DNA of 64,000 bases from a bacterium. Lineage in GTDB: Bacteria > Patescibacteriota > Minisyncoccia > UBA6257 > WO2-44-18. The notes under the pieces are model-generated. The model searched no databases and had not been told where the DNA came from. It saw only the letters and a list, made by a program, of their open reading frames with translations. The stretch covers positions 20,404 to 84,403 of the forward strand of contig JAUSKF010000004.1 in the NCBI GenBank assembly GCA_030646995.1, in the 5' to 3' direction. This document shows, piece after piece, positions 1 to 10,307 of the stretch (its first letter is position 1; every line of letters begins with the position of its first letter). The translations under genes and the position numbers were made by a program.

Positions 1-675
1 CTCCCGATTCTGGCGGAGAAGATTTTTGCGCTGAAAATTCCCGATCTCCACTTAATGGTAATAGATGATAACTCCCCTGACGGTACGGGCAAAATTGCGG
101 ACGAGCTACGTCAGAAGTATCCAATTTCCGTGATTCATCGTGAAAAAAAATCCGGGCTGGGAAAAGCCTACGCGCAAGGTTTCCAATCTTTACCGCCGGA
201 AACGGAAATAGTGATCCAAATGGACGCCGATCTTTCACACGACCCGGCTGTCATACCGGCAATGCTAGAAAAAATAAACTCTTCGGCTGGCTCAGGACAA
301 GTTCCCTGCGACCTGGTGCTAGGTTCACGATACGTTCCGGGTGGGAAAATTGAAAATTGGAATCTGATCCGTAGAATGATTAGCCGCTTTGGAAATTTCT
401 ACGCCCGAACTATTCTCGGACTTCCCTACCGCGACCTGACCGGAGGATTTAAATGTTTCCGTCGCGAAGTTTTAAAAACGATTCAACTCGACTCCTTAAG
501 TTCCACCGGCTATAATTTTCAAATTGAAACAACTTACGCAGCCCACAAAAAGGGATTTAAGATCTGCGAAGTCCCAATCACTTTCGCCGAACGCAAAACC
601 GGAAAATCAAAATTTAATCTTAGGATTATTTTAGAAAGCTTCTGGAAAGTACTGACTTTAAGGTTTAGGAACTAA
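1..675 (+). CDS. Polyprenol-phosphate mannose synthase-like GT2 glycosyltransferase (5' truncated by window)
   Basis: Frame is open from base 1. Motifs IDDNSPDGT, GLGKAY, QMDADLSH, DLTGGFKCFRR and FQIE are typical of the Ppm1/DPM1 family. Confidence 0.9.
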   Translation, partial: LPILAEKIFALKIPDLHLMVIDDNSPDGTGKIADELRQKYPISVIHREKKSGLGKAYAQGFQSLPPETEIVIQMDADLSHDPAVIPAMLEKINSSAGSGQVPCDLVLGSRYVPGGKIENWNLIRRMISRFGNFYARTILGLPYRDLTGGFKCFRREVLKTIQLDSLSSTGYNFQIETTYAAHKKGFKICEVPITFAERKTGKSKFNLRIILESFWKVLTLRFRN

Positions 676-2211
676 CTTCAATTTCTTGCTGGTGATTACC
701 AAGTAACGATTTTCAAATAGATTGGCATCAAAGAATCCCGACTGAATGTAGTTATCAATGTAAGTCTGGAACGCCCCCTCGTCTTTAAAGCCGAAGCTAT
801 CACCAAGATCAATGAGCACCATATCCATAAATTTCGGCTCGCTACCCAAAGCGTAAACGTATTCTCGATGCGCCAGATGAGGCACCATATTGGTATTGGC
901 GGCTACGCTTATGCCATCAGGCACTAAAGTAACCATACTTCGATAGGCCAATTTTTGCGGAGTATCCTGAAAATAAGAAATTGGGAAGTTTTTCGGAGAA
1001 AGCGGAGAACGGGTCAGGAATCCCAGCGCCGCCACAATAAGAATGACCCAGAAAAATAATCTTTCCCTCCGCCATCCGCCCTCTCTGGCGGAGGCGGATG
1101 GCCACCTATCAATCAAATTCTTCAACCCATAAACAGAGCCGATCAAAACCGCAGGAATTAAAATGGAATCATAGTGATAGAGGCCGCTAAATTGGAAATT
1201 GTAGTTGGTAAGTAAATTTTCCGGCAGGCCGGGTAGGAATAATATCCAGGTTTTCGGGGAAAAAATAGGCAAAAAAGCCACCGGGAAAAGCAAAATGAGC
1301 AGATAGAACAGTTTTTCCGGAGTAAAAATGGTTTGCGCTACCAACGCGGGATGAGTAACGGCGGTCGCAATCGCCGCGGCCGGAGTGGCGCCAAAATTGG
1401 CGTAACGATCAAAGCGCAACACTCCCCCGCCCAGCGCGGGCATAAAAACTTTGACCGCCAGCAGGAAATAAAATAATGCGAGTACTGCTATTATTATCCC
1501 AAAAGCCTTTTTTTTATTTCTCAAAACTCTAAATCCTAAATTCGAAATTCTAAATAAATTCAAAAGTTTAAAATTTTGAAGGTTAGAATTTTGATCTTGT
1601 TTAGAGTTTAGAGCTTCGGATTTAGGGTTTGTCTCAAGGAATAGAAAATAGATCCCGGCAAAAAATACCGCCAGAATCGCGTCTTCTTTGACGCTGGCCG
1701 CCAAGGCAAAAAATAATCCCGCCCAACCCCATCTTTTGCTTTCAACAAAATAAAACGCCGCCAGAAATAACGGAACGAAGAAAGTGATTTCGTGAAAATC
1801 ATAGAAGTTCGCCCAATGAAGTGAGGGGTACAGGAGGTACGAGAAAACAATGACAAAAGACAACCACTTACGACCGAGGACTTTTTGGGCCAGCAGATAC
1901 AGCGGCCACGCTCCAAGCGCCAAAGCCAACGTCTGAATGAATAATAGATAATAAGGGGTCTGGAAAAGCGCGTAGCCCGGCGCCAGCACCAGCAACCAAG
2001 GGCTCATATGCAAACCGAGATGGTTATGGACCTGCTCTAAATTATTTTCCATTATCCGCCCCTGCGCCGTATTCCAAAAAGTTTGTACGAATGCGGCTAA
2101 ATCCCAAGCTTGAGTCTGGAAATTATAATGGCGCAAGGCAGTCATCACGCCGAAAACAACAAAATAACCGAGGATTAAAAGCCAGATAGACTGCTTCGCG
2201 GTAATTCTCAT
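658..2211 (-). CDS. Multi-pass membrane protein, DUF2079-like (GT-C fold)
   Basis: 517 aa with many TM segments and motifs WDLAAF, H-SP, YDFHE, KED. Adjacent to GT2 and ArnT-like genes. Confidence 0.75.
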   Translation of the reverse strand: MRITAKQSIWLLILGYFVVFGVMTALRHYNFQTQAWDLAAFVQTFWNTAQGRIMENNLEQVHNHLGLHMSPWLLVLAPGYALFQTPYYLLFIQTLALALGAWPLYLLAQKVLGRKWLSFVIVFSYLLYPSLHWANFYDFHEITFFVPLFLAAFYFVESKRWGWAGLFFALAASVKEDAILAVFFAGIYFLFLETNPKSEALNSKQDQNSNLQNFKLLNLFRISNLGFRVLRNKKKAFGIIIAVLALFYFLLAVKVFMPALGGGVLRFDRYANFGATPAAAIATAVTHPALVAQTIFTPEKLFYLLILLFPVAFLPIFSPKTWILFLPGLPENLLTNYNFQFSGLYHYDSILIPAVLIGSVYGLKNLIDRWPSASAREGGWRRERLFFWVILIVAALGFLTRSPLSPKNFPISYFQDTPQKLAYRSMVTLVPDGISVAANTNMVPHLAHREYVYALGSEPKFMDMVLIDLGDSFGFKDEGAFQTYIDNYIQSGFFDANLFENRYLVITSKKLKLVPKP

Positions 2212-2251
2212 TTCTTTTATTCTACCCCAATTTAGAGCTAAACTTAATTTT

Positions 2252-3976
2252 GTGACTACGAAAAAACTCTTATTCGGAATTCTGCTTGCCGCGGCGATAT
2301 TGCGGCTAGCCGGACTGGGCTCCGGAGATCTGATTGGCAGCGATGAAATTTTTTACGGCGTCCGGGCAATCGGCATGCTGGACTATGACAACGCGCCAAA
2401 ACAATCCACGCCCCTTGAATGGTTCGACCCGATCAATCGGCAGAACCATATAATTCCCCACCCGGCAGATCTTTCGTTGGAGGGTGGCATTCCCTTGTGG
2501 ACAAAACTTTCTTTCCACGACCATCCGCCCCTGGTTTTTCTGGCGCAACATTTTTCAATGCAGATCTTCGGCGAGAATAAATTCGCCTTTCGTCTGCCTT
2601 CCGCGCTCGCCGGAATTTTAACGGTATATCTACTTTATCTGCTCGGGAAACGCCTAACGTCCGAAAAGGCCAGCCTCGCCGAGTCTAGGCGAGCGGGATT
2701 ATTTTCGGCGGCAATCGCTGCGGTAACCGTCAATTCAGTCCACAATTCACGGCTCGGCCTGCAAGAACCAATCCTGATTCTGCTGATGCTGGCGACGGTC
2801 TATTTTTTCACGCTTGCCAAAGATAATAAGAAACATCTCCTGACAACCGGCATCTTCGCGGGGCTGGCGATGCTCGCGAAATACAACGCCATCATCCTCG
2901 CGCCGATCTTTTTTACTTACATCCTGCTATTTCGAAGGGGTTGGCTGAAAGAAAAAAATCTCTGGCTCGGAATACTGCTCGCGATTGCCGTGTTTAGCCC
3001 GGTAATCATTTATAACTTGGGGCTCTATAATGCTACCAGCCACTTCGATTTCCAGCTTTCTTATCTTCTTGGGCAAAATGTGGAAGTCTGGCAATCCGCT
3101 CCCGGCAAAGAAAACGCTGGAACGCTGTTTAACAAAATGACAGCCATCGTTCCAAATCTAGCAAAATTCAACTCTTGGCCATTCCTGTTAATTAGCGTAG
3201 CAGGGCTTTGCTGGCTCACTTATCGCGCTCTAAAAAAAGATCAGCCAGCAACTTTTCTTCTTATAATAAATGGCTTTTTATTCCTGTTGATCGTTGTGGC
3301 TATTGGACCGGCATCAAGATTTCTGGCGATGCTAACTCCATTTCTTGCGCTGGCAGCCGGGAATCTTTTATCCCAGGCGCGCTTATCCGCGAAGCCGGTA
3401 ATCACTATCCTAGTAATATTTTTGGCTTGGGAACTCACCTACACGACAAACACCGACATCCTGAATTATCCGGTCGGACCGAAACATTTTGCCTGGTCGC
3501 GATTGCGTTACGAAAACTACCGCTGGGGATATAACCAACTCGACGATTATTTAGAAAAAGAGCTCGGTGGAAAATTTCCGGCTTTTGTTTTGAATCAAAA
3601 ATATCAATTCCTGGATAAAATAATCGACCGCGATATTACGCAACGGAAACGGCTGGGCGATCAACCCTATTCCGCTCTTTTTATTTATGACGACAATTTA
3701 CGGGATTCGGCAAGATTCTGGAGTCTAGACCGACTACAGATCTACCACGGCTGGCCCGTCATCAAAGCCGAGGGGTTCGCGGAGCTGCAAAAATTCGAAT
3801 TACCTCCCCGCACGACTTATTTCATTGCCCCTACCGACAAAGTACTGGTCAGAGAAGGGGCGAGACTAACCACGGACGGTCCAGCGCTTGAGCAATCTTT
3901 ACTGAAAAAAGGATTATCGCCGATAGAAATCAAAAACCCGAAAGGAGAGGTGGCTTTCAAAGTTTATAAATTTTAA
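2252..3976 (+). CDS. ArnT/PMT-family (GT-C) membrane glycosyltransferase
   Basis: DE motif after first TM, DHPPL, AFRLPSALAG, LAKY; 574 aa multi-TM. Confidence 0.85.
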   Translation: MTTKKLLFGILLAAAILRLAGLGSGDLIGSDEIFYGVRAIGMLDYDNAPKQSTPLEWFDPINRQNHIIPHPADLSLEGGIPLWTKLSFHDHPPLVFLAQHFSMQIFGENKFAFRLPSALAGILTVYLLYLLGKRLTSEKASLAESRRAGLFSAAIAAVTVNSVHNSRLGLQEPILILLMLATVYFFTLAKDNKKHLLTTGIFAGLAMLAKYNAIILAPIFFTYILLFRRGWLKEKNLWLGILLAIAVFSPVIIYNLGLYNATSHFDFQLSYLLGQNVEVWQSAPGKENAGTLFNKMTAIVPNLAKFNSWPFLLISVAGLCWLTYRALKKDQPATFLLIINGFLFLLIVVAIGPASRFLAMLTPFLALAAGNLLSQARLSAKPVITILVIFLAWELTYTTNTDILNYPVGPKHFAWSRLRYENYRWGYNQLDDYLEKELGGKFPAFVLNQKYQFLDKIIDRDITQRKRLGDQPYSALFIYDDNLRDSARFWSLDRLQIYHGWPVIKAEGFAELQKFELPPRTTYFIAPTDKVLVREGARLTTDGPALEQSLLKKGLSPIEIKNPKGEVAFKVYKF

Positions 3977-4024
3977 GAAGTTTGCAGTTGTTAGCGGTTA
4001 GTTGTAAGTTTAGACATTGCCAAT

Positions 4025-4762
4025 ATGAAAAAGGACACATCTTGGGGCGTGGAAACTGTCATCGGCCACTATCAAAAAACTTTGATTTTGCCGAACCTGC
4101 TCCGACTGATGAACATCAAGAAAGATGAAGATATTTTGGATATCGGGTCCGGTCCGGGTTTTTTTGCTAATGAATTCGCGAAAAGAGGAGCGGAGGTAAC
4201 AGGCGTAGAGCTTTCTCAAGCTTTGATAGCGGAGGCGAAAAAGAAATATCCCGGCTTGAAGTCCTGCGTTGGTTCGGCCGAGGATATGCCTTTTTTGCAA
4301 AAATCGGAATTCGATAAGGTGGCGGCCGTACTGGCTCTTCAAAATATGGATAACCCTCACAAAATACTGGCGGAATGCGCCCGTATTCTTAAAACTAACG
4401 GCAAGCTATATATAGTAATAACCCATCCGGCCTTCCGAGTTTTGAAAAATAGCGAATGGGGCTGGGACGACACGAAAAAAATCCAATATCGCCGCATTGA
4501 TAGCTATTTATCCGAGTCAAAAGAAAAAATCGCCATGCACCCCTCAATAGGAATGGGCAAAGACCCGAAAGATTATACCATCTCATTCCATAGGCCGCTA
4601 CAAACGTATTTCAAATTACTAAAAAATTCCGGTTTTGTGGTGAGCGCACTTGAGGAATGGGAGTCCAACAAAAAAAGCGAGATGGGGCCTAGGGCCAAGG
4701 CGGAAGATGTGGCGCGAAAAGAAATTCCTTTGTTTTTGTTTATTGAAGCGTCTAAACTGTAG
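4025..4762 (+). CDS. Class I SAM-dependent methyltransferase
   Basis: ILDIGSGPG motif I, GVELS, ARILK-G. Confidence 0.85.
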   Translation: MKKDTSWGVETVIGHYQKTLILPNLLRLMNIKKDEDILDIGSGPGFFANEFAKRGAEVTGVELSQALIAEAKKKYPGLKSCVGSAEDMPFLQKSEFDKVAAVLALQNMDNPHKILAECARILKTNGKLYIVITHPAFRVLKNSEWGWDDTKKIQYRRIDSYLSESKEKIAMHPSIGMGKDPKDYTISFHRPLQTYFKLLKNSGFVVSALEEWESNKKSEMGPRAKAEDVARKEIPLFLFIEASKL

Positions 4763-4766
4763 ATAT

Positions 4767-5465
4767 ATGAGACTGCACAGATTTATCGGCGATTTCGATT
4801 TATCGAAAGAATATTTAAAAATCAGCGACCGAGATTTGGTAAACCAGCTAAAGAACGTCTTCCGCCTAAAAACCGGCGATGAAATTCTACTTGGAGACGG
4901 AAAGAAAAATGAAGCGCTGGCTTGCGTAGAAGAAATTTCCAGAGGAGCCGCGACTTTGATTATCAAGCGTACACAGGAAAATACCAACGAACCGGAAATC
5001 TATGGGATTCTTTATTGCTCGATATTAAAAAAGGAAAACTTTGAACTCGCCGCCCAAAAAGCGGTGGAGGCGGGAATCTCTGAAATAGTGCCGATTATCG
5101 GCCAGCGAACGGTCAAAACAGCGATCAATCTTCCTCGTTTAGAGAAAATAGTTAAAGAAGCGGCGGAGCAATCCGGCCGAGGAATTATTCCGAAAGTTCA
5201 CCCGACTCTATCTTTTGAAAAAGCCTTTGAGCATGCCTCAACGAATAACGCGAATATATTTTTCCGCCCCAGCGGATTGCCGATAGCCAAAATAAAAATA
5301 CTGCCCCCGAAAGTCGGCATCTTTATCGGACCGGAAGGTGGCTGGAATGAACTGGAAACTGAATCAGCGGAAAAAAATCAATTTACTATGGCTTCTTTAG
5401 GAAAACTTATCCTCCGAGCAGAAACTGCGGCCTCGATTGCCTCCTACTTGGTACTCAACCGATAA
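4767..5465 (+). CDS. rsmE: 16S rRNA m3U1498 methyltransferase
   Basis: MRLHRF start at ATG 4767; QKAVEAG, EAAEQSGR, IGPEGG, LGKLILRAETA. Confidence 0.93.
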   Translation: MRLHRFIGDFDLSKEYLKISDRDLVNQLKNVFRLKTGDEILLGDGKKNEALACVEEISRGAATLIIKRTQENTNEPEIYGILYCSILKKENFELAAQKAVEAGISEIVPIIGQRTVKTAINLPRLEKIVKEAAEQSGRGIIPKVHPTLSFEKAFEHASTNNANIFFRPSGLPIAKIKILPPKVGIFIGPEGGWNELETESAEKNQFTMASLGKLILRAETAASIASYLVLNR

Positions 5466-5484
5466 AAGGTGTAGGCTAATCCTG

Positions 5485-6393
5485 ATGAAAAGACTAGTTT
5501 TCGCCCTGACATCTATAATCGCCCTAATAACCGCCTCCGGCGCAATTTTTGTGGGTTACAAGACTTATCAGCAGTTAACCTACCAACTGGAGGCCACACA
5601 AACTCAACTGGCCCTCTTAGAACGCTCCGTCGGCAATATACAAAACAAAACCACCGCCTCTCTCTCGAATCTTCAGGATAAAAACAAAACCCTATCCAAA
5701 GAATTGGAAAAGTCTCAAGGGGAATTGGAAGGCCTGTCTCTACCGCAGGATTTATTGCAGAACCTAATGGCACGTATCGTTTATGTTCAATGTAGGGATT
5801 CAGATAGCGCAGGGGATCGGGCGGGATCCGGAACCATCGGCTTGGTAAAAAGCACGGAAAGTGGCTTAGCGATTACGACCAACCTACACGTCACCGGATA
5901 TCCGACCTCTTTCTGTACCGCCCGACTACCAACTAGCCCAACTTATGAAAAACTTGGAGCAACGCGGCCGGCATTCGTGGGCAAATATGACAGCAATTAT
6001 CCGGATGTTGATGTGGCGCTAGTGCACGCGCAAAATGTGACGGAAAAGTTCGGGGTCTTCCCGATTCCCTTCTGCGCTCCAGCAGATATCAAAACCGGCA
6101 ACCCGATTACTTTATTCGGATACCCAAGCTTCGGCGGGAAAACCCTAACAATCACTGATGGAATTATCAGCGGAGTGCTACAAACTAAATGGGGGCCAAG
6201 ATATAAAACTTCTGCCAAAATTGATTTCGGCAACTCCGGCGGATTGGCGGTAGATAATAAACATCGCTGCGTAATCGGTATACCAACTTGGACTAAATTC
6301 GGCGGAGAGCTTGGGCAAAACCTAAGCACCGGAGAATCTCTGGGTCAAATCCAATCTTGGGAAATGATTAAAAAATCCGGAGAAATTTTCTAA
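5485..6393 (+). CDS. Membrane-anchored trypsin-like serine protease with coiled-coil stalk
   Basis: N-terminal TM, coiled coil, TNLHV (His), DVA (Asp), GNSGG (Ser). Confidence 0.85.
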   Translation: MKRLVFALTSIIALITASGAIFVGYKTYQQLTYQLEATQTQLALLERSVGNIQNKTTASLSNLQDKNKTLSKELEKSQGELEGLSLPQDLLQNLMARIVYVQCRDSDSAGDRAGSGTIGLVKSTESGLAITTNLHVTGYPTSFCTARLPTSPTYEKLGATRPAFVGKYDSNYPDVDVALVHAQNVTEKFGVFPIPFCAPADIKTGNPITLFGYPSFGGKTLTITDGIISGVLQTKWGPRYKTSAKIDFGNSGGLAVDNKHRCVIGIPTWTKFGGELGQNLSTGESLGQIQSWEMIKKSGEIF

Positions 6394-6395
6394 CT

Positions 6396-6602
6396 ATGAA
6401 ACTATTTTCATATCTGATGTTCGCGCTAGGAACTGGCTCGCTCTTGCTAGGCATCTACTATGTGGCCAAATTATCGCAAGGCGCCGGTGGTTTAGCCGCA
6501 ATTCTGCCGCTATTCATTCTGGTCGCTTTTTGCCTGATTGGCGTTCTATTTTTTGGAATAATCGGATTAATTTCGTTTTTATTCGCCAAAAAGAAAAAAT
6601 GA
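6396..6602 (+). CDS. Small two-TM membrane protein
   Basis: 68-aa hydrophobic ORF tightly coupled between neighbours. Confidence 0.6.
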   Translation: MKLFSYLMFALGTGSLLLGIYYVAKLSQGAGGLAAILPLFILVAFCLIGVLFFGIIGLISFLFAKKKK

Positions 6603-6940
6603 TTAATTTTGAAGATTTTTCTAAAATTGAATTAAAGATTGCCAAAATTCTTTCCGCCGAGCGGATAGAAGGCTCGGATAAACTTTTAAAGCTTCAGCTG
6701 GATGCCGGGGATAAAGATGACGCCGGTAATTCCAAAAGCAGGCAGATCGTAGCCGGGATTGGGAAAGTATATGATCCGGCAACACTCGCGGGCAGAGAAA
6801 TCACCATTGTCGCTAATCTGGAGTCCAGAGCTTTAATGGGAATCGAGAGCCAAGGAATGCTCCTCGCCGCAAAAGACGAAAATGGCCCGGTAATTCTTAT
6901 TCCGGAAAAGGAAGTACCTCCGGGATCTGTAGTTGGTTGA
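6599..6940 (+). CDS. Stand-alone tRNA-binding OB-fold protein (MetRS C-terminal/Trbp111/CsaA-like)
   Basis: MINFEDFSKIELK, SDKLLKL, RQIVAGI, ESQGMLLA; ATG at 6599 overlaps the previous stop. Confidence 0.9.
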   Translation: MINFEDFSKIELKIAKILSAERIEGSDKLLKLQLDAGDKDDAGNSKSRQIVAGIGKVYDPATLAGREITIVANLESRALMGIESQGMLLAAKDENGPVILIPEKEVPPGSVVG

Positions 6941-6990
6941 TTAGTTGTTAGTCATTAGTCATTAGTCGTTAGTTATTGTATATTGAAGGC

Positions 6991-7152
6991 ATGCATCACT
7001 ACATTTGCCTCGGCGGCTGCGAAGGGGTAGCGGAAAAAGAAAGTAAGTGCGGGGATCCTAAATGCCCGGATTATCAAAAAGATCTGAAGCATTGTGATTG
7101 TACTGACGGAAAGCACGAAGGAGAGTTCGAAAAGAAAGACAAGCAGGCATAA
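6991..7152 (+). CDS. Small Cys/His-rich protein (53 aa), absent from the ORF track
   Basis: MHHYICLGGCEGVAEKESKCGDPKCPDYQKDLKHCDCTDGKHEGEFEKKDKQA; six Cys, probable metal binding. Confidence 0.7.
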   Translation: MHHYICLGGCEGVAEKESKCGDPKCPDYQKDLKHCDCTDGKHEGEFEKKDKQA

Positions 7153-7242
7153 TGTAATCCTACGCTATGCTCAGGATTGCTACTGCTTACCAAATTTTTT
7201 GCTTCTTTGAATTGAAAATTTGGAGCAGTAGGTAAAAAAATC
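7151..7242. repeat. About 92-bp dispersed palindromic repeat, copy 1
   Basis: Reverse complement of 55252-55343 with about 3 mismatches; two internal hairpins. Confidence 0.9.
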
Positions 7243-7262
7243 CCCGTAGCAATGCGGGGATT

Positions 7263-7751
7263 TCAAATGAACTCTTCCTGCTCTTCCGGAAATCGATAGA
7301 AAGAGATGGTGCGACCAAGATTCTGATCAAACTCTTCTTTGGTTTGCGCCGCCATACGAATAGCCAACTTAGGGTTTAGACAATCGTGCAAACCGGGAAT
7401 CATCTTTCTCCGAATCACCGAGATAATCAGCCTGCGGGGATCTTCGCCGGTGAAAGTGGCTAATGCCAAGGCGAACGGATAATCCATCGGAAGGATGCCA
7501 TTCAATTCGGCTACCAGACGGAAAAAGACTGATTCTATCTCGGTAATACCAAATCGAGGTTTAGTTATCTGAAGAAGAGCAAAAAGGTTTGCTTGCGCCT
7601 CTTTCCAGATTGGCATTACCGCGGCATGAAAACCCGTCGCGGAATTCGGCCTCTCCTCTTCAGCAAGTTTTTTCATTCGGAGTAGAGAGGCATTCGCCGA
7701 CAAAATAAGAAATTCTTCGAACAAAGATCTGCCGCGATCAACGGTCGACAT
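7263..7751 (-). CDS. Hypothetical protein
   Basis: 162-aa ORF with GAGGAGG SD upstream and a hairpin terminator at about 7234-7263. Confidence 0.65.
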   Translation of the reverse strand: MSTVDRGRSLFEEFLILSANASLLRMKKLAEEERPNSATGFHAAVMPIWKEAQANLFALLQITKPRFGITEIESVFFRLVAELNGILPMDYPFALALATFTGEDPRRLIISVIRRKMIPGLHDCLNPKLAIRMAAQTKEEFDQNLGRTISFYRFPEEQEEFI

Positions 7752-7865
7752 GCCGCCTCCTCTCTTTTTAATCTTCTGACTAAATTTTGCGCTGAAAATA
7801 TGTTTAAATCAAGAGTAAGAGCCTTCTTTAAATATTTAAATTTTTAAATAATAAAATATCCTACA

Positions 7866-8708
7866 ATGCCAATAATAGGTGCACACGTATCAACCAATGG
7901 AGGGCTTTCTAAATGTTTTGAAAACGCTGCGGCGATGGGAGCAAAGGCTATCCAAATTTTCGGATCCTCGCCCCAACAGTGGTTCACCAAAATGCCGACT
8001 GCGGAGGCAATACAGGATTTTACTTCTAAAAAAACCAATGCCGGCTCGCCACCGGTATATCTGCACGCCGGCTACCTGGTCAACCTAACAAGCCCAAATC
8101 CCATCAACCGAGAAAAGTCCATTAAGAGCCTCGCCGAGCATTATCAGATAGCCCAATCCCTGAATGCCGAAGGCTTAATTTTCCATCTTGGTTCTTTTGG
8201 AGAAGAGGGCCACGAAAAAGGCCTAAAAAATCTGATTTCCGGAATCCGCGAAGTTTTAAAAAAGGTTCCGGGAAACGCCCGCCTAATATTAGAAAACAGC
8301 GCCGGGGGGGGCAATAAATTAGGAAAAACCCTGGAAGAGCTGGCGGAAATCTTTGAAGGCGTGAATTCACCAAGGGCTAAGTTTTGTTTCGATACGGCGC
8401 ATGCCTTTGAAGCCGGAATGATCGGATATGAGTCAGCGAAAAAAGTTGAAGAATTCTTCAACCTCTGGGATAAAAAAATCGGCATCGGTAATATCGAAGT
8501 CCTGCACTCCAATGACTCAAAAACTATTTTTGAATCACATAACGATAGGCATGAAAATATCGGGCAGGGCGAAATTGGAAAAAAGGGATTCACAAATTTA
8601 GCGAAGGAAAAAAGACTGCACGGCAAGGTATGGCTGCTGGAGGTTCCGGGCGAAGATGACCGGGGGCCGGATAAAGAAAATATTGAGAAACTGAAAGCGC
8701 TGTTTTAA
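7866..8708 (+). CDS. nfo: Endonuclease IV (AP endonuclease 2)
   Basis: IGAHVS, HAGYLVNL, FHLGS, LENSAG, CFDTAH, HSNDSK, DRHENIG-G-IG, LEVP. Confidence 0.93.
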   Translation: MPIIGAHVSTNGGLSKCFENAAAMGAKAIQIFGSSPQQWFTKMPTAEAIQDFTSKKTNAGSPPVYLHAGYLVNLTSPNPINREKSIKSLAEHYQIAQSLNAEGLIFHLGSFGEEGHEKGLKNLISGIREVLKKVPGNARLILENSAGGGNKLGKTLEELAEIFEGVNSPRAKFCFDTAHAFEAGMIGYESAKKVEEFFNLWDKKIGIGNIEVLHSNDSKTIFESHNDRHENIGQGEIGKKGFTNLAKEKRLHGKVWLLEVPGEDDRGPDKENIEKLKALF

Positions 8709-8747
8709 ACATTTCAATATTTCCAGATTTAAAATATAATTACTCTT

Positions 8748-9338
8748 ATGAAGAAACTCTTGGTCGCTACACAAAATCCCGGTAAAATATTGGAATACAA
8801 GGAATTGCTGAAAGATCTGCCGCTGGAAGTAATTACGCTACAGGATTTGGGAGTTACCGAAGAAGCTCCGGAAGACGCCCCAACATTTGAAGAAAATGCC
8901 AGATTGAAAGTGGCTTTTTATTCAAAACTCACAGAATTCCCGACGATTGCGGAGGATTCAGGTTTAGAAATCGACCACCTCAACGGAGAACCGGGGGTTA
9001 AATCACGACGCTGGCCGGGCCACCGCGCCACCGATGATGAGCTCGTAAAGCTGATTGAAGAAAAAATGCAGGGCGTGCCGAAAGAACAACGTGGAGCTCA
9101 ATTCCGGGTAGTTATGGCTCTAAAAATTCCCGGAAAAGACATAGTAACCGCAGAAGGCACAATGCGTGGAATTATTACCGATAAGCCGACCGAAACTATA
9201 ATTACCGGATTCCCCTTCCGATCAATGTTCTATGTGCCAGAACTAGATAAAGTACTTGGCGAGATGACTATGAACGAAGAAGCGAAGATTGGGCACCGCA
9301 AGCAGGCATTAGAAAAATTACTCCCCTTTCTTCTCTAA
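8748..9338 (+). CDS. rdgB: Non-canonical purine NTP pyrophosphatase (Ham1/RdgB)
   Basis: ATQNPGKILE, TFEENA, EDSGLEID-L-GEPGV-S, GHR. Confidence 0.88.
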   Translation: MKKLLVATQNPGKILEYKELLKDLPLEVITLQDLGVTEEAPEDAPTFEENARLKVAFYSKLTEFPTIAEDSGLEIDHLNGEPGVKSRRWPGHRATDDELVKLIEEKMQGVPKEQRGAQFRVVMALKIPGKDIVTAEGTMRGIITDKPTETIITGFPFRSMFYVPELDKVLGEMTMNEEAKIGHRKQALEKLLPFLL

Positions 9339-9397
9339 AACTTCAGTGGACAACTTTTCGATTGAGCCTTAGAGCGGCACCAATTATCATTATGGTA

Positions 9398-9874
9398 ATG
9401 AATAAAAATATAATTGGCGCCGTTTTAATTCTCGCCGGCATCGCTATTGCAGTTTACAATTGGGGATATAAAACAGCGGTTACCCCTTCGCCCGTTCCGC
9501 CACCCGCGCAAATGAACATCATTCCACCGACTCCACCAACCGGCGGAATAAAACCGGCTCCTCCGCCAGCTGGCGGACCAACTCCGGCTCCGAGCTCTAT
9601 TAAACCGCAAGAACCCGCCTTTACCTCCAATATCCAAGTAGCCGTACGAGGTTTCGGGTTCGTTTCGGAAACTGTCCGGGTCAAAGCCGGCACAAAAATA
9701 ACCTGGACCAACTTTGATGCCGCCGGCCACACTGTTACCAGCGACACCGGCCTTTTCGCCAGTAAAATTTTAAGCCAAGGCAAGAGCTTTGAATACATCT
9801 TCAATACTCCAGGCACGTATTCCTATCACTGTATTCCACATCCTTACATGAAGGGGGAGATAGTAGTAGAATAG
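9398..9874 (+). CDS. Membrane-anchored cupredoxin (plastocyanin-like) with Pro-rich linker
   Basis: N-terminal TM, WTN-D-AGHTV, YHCIPHPYM type-1 Cu ligands; start codon uncertain. Confidence 0.85.
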   Translation: MNKNIIGAVLILAGIAIAVYNWGYKTAVTPSPVPPPAQMNIIPPTPPTGGIKPAPPPAGGPTPAPSSIKPQEPAFTSNIQVAVRGFGFVSETVRVKAGTKITWTNFDAAGHTVTSDTGLFASKILSQGKSFEYIFNTPGTYSYHCIPHPYMKGEIVVE

Positions 9875-9881
9875 TTTCCAG

Positions 9882-10274
9882 ATGAAAAGGATATATTTCT
9901 TAGTTGCCGTTTTAATTGCAGCAATCGCGGCATTAATCTTTTGGTTTACACCAAAAAGTTTAATTGAGGTTTATTCTCCAAAGAATGATTCGATCATCAC
10001 CAGCCCGGTAACTATCAGCGGTCAGGCCCGCGGATTTTGGTACTTTGAAGCTTCTTTCCCCGCAAGATTACTGGACGGAAATGGGAAAGAAATCGCTATC
10101 ATTCCGGTGCAGGCCCTGGATGAGTGGATGACGGAAAGATTCGTCCCCTTCTCCACAAAGATGGAATTCATCGCCCCAAAGACCGACACCGGCACTTTGA
10201 TACTGCAAAAAGACAATCCCTCGGGTTTACCGGAGCACGACGCCGAAATTCGAATCCCAGTTAGATTCCGATAA
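9882..10274 (+). CDS. Exported Ig-like domain protein (Gmad2-like)
   Basis: Signal/TM followed by SP-TISGQARG-WYFEASFP and KDNPSGLPE. Confidence 0.75.
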   Translation: MKRIYFLVAVLIAAIAALIFWFTPKSLIEVYSPKNDSIITSPVTISGQARGFWYFEASFPARLLDGNGKEIAIIPVQALDEWMTERFVPFSTKMEFIAPKTDTGTLILQKDNPSGLPEHDAEIRIPVRFR

Positions 10275-10307
10275 TTCCGTTAACGGTTTTTTGTTATACT
10301 GGTAGGA